Shown piece by piece: positions 35,826 to 40,138 of a stretch of 40,138 nucleotides of DNA. Within the stretch, counting starts at the first letter, position 1. Every line of letters starts with the position of its first letter. The translations under genes were made by a program, and so were the position numbers. This DNA comes from a virus (taxonomy: Duplodnaviria > Caudoviricetes). The DNA lies in the IMG/VR virus record IMGVR_UViG_3300017780_001365, positions 1 through 40,138 of that record, one strand, 5' to 3'. The notes under the pieces are model-generated. The model saw only the letters and a list, made by a program, of their open reading frames with translations, was not told the DNA's origin and did no database searches.

Positions 35826-36145
35826 ACCAGCACCTAGCAAGAGCAATAGAGATTTATGGAGACGACTTACAACAACTACTGGCATGGCACTTGTGCTACG
35901 GCATTGTTGTGTCTAGCGATGAGTATCTTGCTTTTGGGTTCTATTCTGATATTGAAAATCCAGAAAAAGCAGTTGAACCACATTGTTCAAATACCTTGTT
36001 TGTCACATTTTCAACTGGAAACATGCTTAAAGCGTGGGAAAGATTTGTTGACAAGTTTGAATACATTGCTTTTCAAAGATCATTCAAGGGTAACAGTAAA
36101 ATAAGCGTTTACAACATTCAAAACTTTTATTCAAAACTCAAATAA
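35822..36145 (+). CDS. Hypothetical protein
   Basis: GTGA overlap; lies between the tail and internal virion genes. Confidence 0.6.
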   Translation: MNQHLARAIEIYGDDLQQLLAWHLCYGIVVSSDEYLAFGFYSDIENPEKAVEPHCSNTLFVTFSTGNMLKAWERFVDKFEYIAFQRSFKGNSKISVYNIQNFYSKLK

Positions 36146-36154
36146 TATAAAATC

Positions 36155-37012
36155 ATGGGAAGTGCATTCAGTAGTCCAAAAAAAGTAAAAGCACCAGTAT
36201 GGGACCCTGCTGCCGATATTGCAAAATTCGTATCTGCATATGGCAATGCCCTTCCTCAAGTCCTTGGATTTGAGAAGCAATTTCGTCCAGAGTTTCAAGC
36301 ATTAAACTTACAGGACATTTCCAACTTTTTGGGCGGCGTTGGAGGGCAACAAGGATTATTTGGTCTCAGTAGCATGGCTACTCAAGAGGCTGGACAACAA
36401 CTCGCAGCCTCTCGCGCCGCTGAACTTGGTGCAATGACTGGACAAGCACCACTTACCCGTGGCGTAATGGAGGGACTTTCCCCAGAACAGGCGGCAGTTG
36501 TTAGCGGTTTTACGCAAGAGGCAGAACGCGCAAGAGCGGCGGCACAAAATCTCACGCCAGAGCAACAACGAATGTATCAGCAAACGGCCCGCGAAGCTGC
36601 ACAAGCCTCTGGCCGCCTTGGTGGCAATGCTGCTATTGCATCTGAAATCATGGGCCGCGAGCAAATGATGGCGCAAAAACGCGCAGAGGCGGCTGCCGCT
36701 GGTGGTCGCGCATACGAGGCTGCACAAGGTTTCTACACTCAACCCGGACTTGCACTTCTTAGCCAACAACCACTTGCTTACCAGACTGGACAGCAGATGC
36801 TTGGACTTGGGCTTGGCGGAATGAAGCAAGGAACTCCGGGCTTGATTAACCCAGACACGGGACTTAACCTTGGTGCGGCTGAAAGGCAAAATATGCTTCA
36901 AGCACAAATGGCAAACCAACAAGCAAAAGCAGCATGGAGTGCTGGAGTATGGAATGCAGTTGGACAAGTTGCCGGTTCAATTCCAAAAGCCGTTGGAATG
37001 GGTGCGGGCTAA
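36155..37012 (+). CDS. Internal virion / DNA-ejection (pilot) protein
   Basis: Gln/Ala/Gly-rich with a hydrophobic Gly-rich C-terminus; first of three ejection-type genes. Confidence 0.65.
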   Translation: MGSAFSSPKKVKAPVWDPAADIAKFVSAYGNALPQVLGFEKQFRPEFQALNLQDISNFLGGVGGQQGLFGLSSMATQEAGQQLAASRAAELGAMTGQAPLTRGVMEGLSPEQAAVVSGFTQEAERARAAAQNLTPEQQRMYQQTAREAAQASGRLGGNAAIASEIMGREQMMAQKRAEAAAAGGRAYEAAQGFYTQPGLALLSQQPLAYQTGQQMLGLGLGGMKQGTPGLINPDTGLNLGAAERQNMLQAQMANQQAKAAWSAGVWNAVGQVAGSIPKAVGMGAG

Positions 37013-37029
37013 TATAATCAAATAACACT

Positions 37030-39063
37030 ATGGCACTACTAGGATCATCCGTTGACCCGCGCCTGTTTCTACAGGACTATTCTGGGTTCACCCGCGCAGC
37101 TGAGATTCAAGCGCAGGGTATGCAGAACCTTGGAGCTTCTATTGGTGGGGCTATCGAATCTTATGCCGAGGCTAAGGAGAAGCGTAAAAAGATTGATGCT
37201 GCTACTAAGGCTTCAAGAGTTGGAATCGAAAGTGCAATTAAGCTAGGTGAAGCATACGGAATTGATGTGAAGTCAAGTCTTGAGCCGATTCTAGCTAAAA
37301 TGGATGATCCTAATACAACACCAATGGAAGCTGCCATGTATGGTGAGGAGGCGAAAAACAGAATCACCAATGTTTTAAACATGGGTATTACTGCTTCCGA
37401 GCGTGAGAGTGCACAACAACGCGCAATGATGGAGCAGCAGTACAAAGCTGCACAGCTTGGATTACAGGCTGAAAAAGTAGACATCGCAAGACAACAAGCA
37501 GCAAAAGGACCAGCTCCTAAATTTGAAATTCGCAGACCAACAATTACATCTCCTACTGGTGAAGTTTTTGAAGGACCAGAGCTTCCTTACGATGAGAGTC
37601 GTGGAATGTACTTTGACCCTAAAGTTAGAAAATACATTGCTGATCCGAACCTTATCGGCACTGGTAAAGAGTATGCTCCAGATTCTGCGATGCCTACGCC
37701 AACCTCTCAAGTGATGCCAAGCGATGGGAAGTTTGGATTTACTTACAAAACTCGTGATCTTCTTCCAGCTTCGATGCCAAATGCTAGGCAGATTTCACTA
37801 GATTTCAATGCCGCTGCTAACAAAAATGCAAAAGGAATTGAAATCATTATTCCAAATAATGCTTCAGATATTGAAAGAGCATTGGCCTTGGATTATGTAA
37901 ACAAAACAAAAGACTTTTTCGCCAGTAAAGGCGTTGATGTTCCTGTACGTGGCGTTAGAACCGCAGCCGAAAACAAACGTGGATCAGCCAATAGGTTTCA
38001 TACTGAGCCATTTTTTGTTAATGACGCAGCATCTAGAGCTGCTATTGAATCCGATCCAGATGGTTACGCTAAAGTTCTTGCGAGTACTATTGGCAAGATT
38101 CCCGGCGCAATGTTTATCCCACCGCATAAATCAAATGATCCGGGAGCATCAGCAAACGGAATTAACGAGCGCGACTTTGCTAAGAGTGTTTTGATTCCAG
38201 CGTTGGAAAGGTTGTCAAATCAATCTTCAACTGCTGCCATAGGCACACCACAGCAACAAGCTGAAGTCGCTCGCATGATCGAGCAAGGTGCTGGAATGGC
38301 AACAGCTCAGAACATTCCTCAGGGTGCGATTCCAACCGAGCCATCTATGGCTACGCAGCAACCACAGCTGCCACAGCAGACTGCACCACAATGGACTCCT
38401 CCTCCGGGTTTTGCGCCAGTTAGAGAAAAAGGAAAAAAGGTTGACATCGTAACTGGTCCTACTGCTCAAGCATTAAACCTTGATCCTCGCGGAACATATG
38501 AAGTGTCTAGAGAGGATGGAAATATCATTGGTGTCCAAACCATAAAAGCAGCCCCGACAATCAGCGAAACTCTTGCGCTTGAGAAGAAAGAAGAGGAGAA
38601 GGTAGCCAAACAACAAATGGCTGCTGCAACTGCTGAAAAGTCAGCACGCATGATTGAATTGATGACTGGTCTAAAAAATAGTCCGGGATTTGAAAACCTG
38701 TTTGGAGCTAATTGGTATCCAAAGGGAATGCGCGGAACCGCTGGCGCAGATGCCGCTGCATTGTTTAAGCAAATTGAGGCACTTGGATTCATGGAGGCCA
38801 TCAAGGACATGAAGGGCATGGGTGCGCTTTCTGACGCTGAGGGTCAAAAAGCATCTGCGGCATTTTTGGGAATTAACCCAGATATGTCTGAAGAAGCGGC
38901 TAAAAAGAAGATTGACGAAGTCATTGGATATATTACAAAGGGTCAAGAGAGGTTGCAGTCCGGAAAGCTTATTCCAATTCAAACAACCCAACCAACTAGC
39001 CCATCCATTAGTGGGGCAAATTCGTATTTTAATCAGTATCAGAATCAACCCCCAGCAAGGTAA
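37030..39063 (+). CDS. Internal virion protein with an embedded amidase-like domain
   Basis: Helical N-terminus; ISLDFNA...GIE...RGVR...EPFF...PPH..DPGA...NE segment; C-terminal KGMGALSDAEG motif. Confidence 0.7.
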   Translation: MALLGSSVDPRLFLQDYSGFTRAAEIQAQGMQNLGASIGGAIESYAEAKEKRKKIDAATKASRVGIESAIKLGEAYGIDVKSSLEPILAKMDDPNTTPMEAAMYGEEAKNRITNVLNMGITASERESAQQRAMMEQQYKAAQLGLQAEKVDIARQQAAKGPAPKFEIRRPTITSPTGEVFEGPELPYDESRGMYFDPKVRKYIADPNLIGTGKEYAPDSAMPTPTSQVMPSDGKFGFTYKTRDLLPASMPNARQISLDFNAAANKNAKGIEIIIPNNASDIERALALDYVNKTKDFFASKGVDVPVRGVRTAAENKRGSANRFHTEPFFVNDAASRAAIESDPDGYAKVLASTIGKIPGAMFIPPHKSNDPGASANGINERDFAKSVLIPALERLSNQSSTAAIGTPQQQAEVARMIEQGAGMATAQNIPQGAIPTEPSMATQQPQLPQQTAPQWTPPPGFAPVREKGKKVDIVTGPTAQALNLDPRGTYEVSREDGNIIGVQTIKAAPTISETLALEKKEEEKVAKQQMAAATAEKSARMIELMTGLKNSPGFENLFGANWYPKGMRGTAGADAAALFKQIEALGFMEAIKDMKGMGALSDAEGQKASAAFLGINPDMSEEAAKKKIDEVIGYITKGQERLQSGKLIPIQTTQPTSPSISGANSYFNQYQNQPPAR

Positions 39064-40138
39064 TGTCCTACAATGTTCCCGAAGATGAAAAGCCAGCATT
39101 TAACAAGAAAGTTCAAGAAAGTCTTGGAATTTTAGCTGGTGACATTGGAGAGACCCTAGCAAGGGTGAAAAACCTTAAGCCAGAGACTCTGGTTGAGGCT
39201 TATAATCGTCCGATAGATGAGGAAATAACACCTCAGCGTGACATGGTGTCTATCACACCATACGAGCAAGCTGTAACGGACATTGTTGGAGCAGAGATTG
39301 ATTCATTGCGTAATGATGCTGGAGAGATTGCATCTTCTCCGTTGGAGGTGTTTGCCAAACCACTCGATGCCAATAAGATCAAGGCGTTGGGTTTTGTGGA
39401 TGGTGAAGGAAAAGCCACAGAAAAAGGAGAGTTGTTCTTCCACCTTAAAAATTCTGGGGTGTTCAACGAGGATGGAACCATCACTGAAAAGGGACAGGCA
39501 TATCTAACACCAATTGAAGACCTTGGAAAAGAAGAAAATCTTAAAGCGTTCCAGATTCTTTGGGATGACGAGGTGATTCGTCCAAGTGCAACATTTAGTG
39601 AAATTGCCAGCAATACTGGTAAGTTTGTTGTTGATGCTGCTTTAGGTGGGGCGAAACGAATTGGTCAAGAAGCTCAATCGTTTTGGTACAACTCACAAAC
39701 ATGGGATAGCGCACTTGGTCAAACCGACAGAAGACCACAGGAGCTTCGGGACAAAATGACCGCAAGCGGTCTTGGTCTTGTTGAGGGTGCTGTGGAAAAC
39801 CTTGCTGGGTGGGCTGGGATTGCAGACGTTGGTTCGGCGTGGATCGGAAAGAAACTTTACGATATTTTGCCAGCAGGCATGGAAGAAGAGGCAGAGCAGG
39901 CATTGTACGCCGCTCGCCAACGCCAATGGCAAACACAACAAAACATTGCAAATTTAAGCACGGGAGAAATTGCCGAAGCAGTTCTTGGCATTGAGAATGC
40001 CACGGCTGAAGCTGAATCAGCAAAAAGCAGGATCGGAAAAGAAGAGTTTGACAAGCAGTATGGTCAAACAAGCGCATTTGCCCAACTGGCATTGGACCCA
40101 ACTAACGCAGTTCCAGCGTCAATTGCTGTAAAGGCCGC
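39063..40138 (+). CDS. N-terminal part of a large internal virion protein (runs off the window end; probably continuous with 3..4916)
   Basis: Not in the ORF track because it has no stop. TAATG coupling at 39061-39065; 358 codons open to the last base, ending ...LALDPTNAVPASIAVKA. Confidence 0.85.
   Translation, partial: MSYNVPEDEKPAFNKKVQESLGILAGDIGETLARVKNLKPETLVEAYNRPIDEEITPQRDMVSITPYEQAVTDIVGAEIDSLRNDAGEIASSPLEVFAKPLDANKIKALGFVDGEGKATEKGELFFHLKNSGVFNEDGTITEKGQAYLTPIEDLGKEENLKAFQILWDDEVIRPSATFSEIASNTGKFVVDAALGGAKRIGQEAQSFWYNSQTWDSALGQTDRRPQELRDKMTASGLGLVEGAVENLAGWAGIADVGSAWIGKKLYDILPAGMEEEAEQALYAARQRQWQTQQNIANLSTGEIAEAVLGIENATAEAESAKSRIGKEEFDKQYGQTSAFAQLALDPTNAVPASIAVKA

Noticed and set aside
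1-40138. Stop-codon reassignment
   Set aside because: Core genes are full length in the standard code, and TAA, TGA and TAG all appear as gene ends.

Overview
The window is an essentially complete, circularly permuted ~40 kb genome of a tailed dsDNA phage with a podovirus-like virion gene set. The cut falls inside a ~2,000-aa polyvalent/ejection protein (39063-end continuing into 1-4916). Nearly all genes are on the + strand. Gene order: terminase, portal, small basic proteins, a ~780-bp structured non-coding region, scaffold, major capsid, two paralogous adaptor-like genes, fibres, lysis genes (holin-like pair, M15 endolysin), metallophosphoesterase, ERF/RecE-like recombination genes, RuvC-like resolvase, small early-type genes, a lambda-O-like initiator with internal iterons, DnaB helicase, a non-coding gap, then tail and internal virion genes. 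Three free-standing AT-rich homing endonucleases are present. I found no integrase, repressor, DNA polymerase, tRNA or CRISPR array. The most unusual signals are: (i) a duplicated, covarying pseudoknot RNA motif just upstream of two start codons; (ii) a promoter-to-terminator ~70-nt sRNA whose exposed strand is antisense to the phage's own AACCAATGA start-codon context; (iii) an opposite-strand kissing-loop RNA followed by ~300 nt of structured sequence; (iv) an apparently circularly permuted Amidase_3 domain in an internal virion protein; (v) a modular polyvalent protein with HExxH and ADP-ribosyltransferase-like domains joined by repeated MPE linkers. All family calls come from motif recognition by eye, not database searches.
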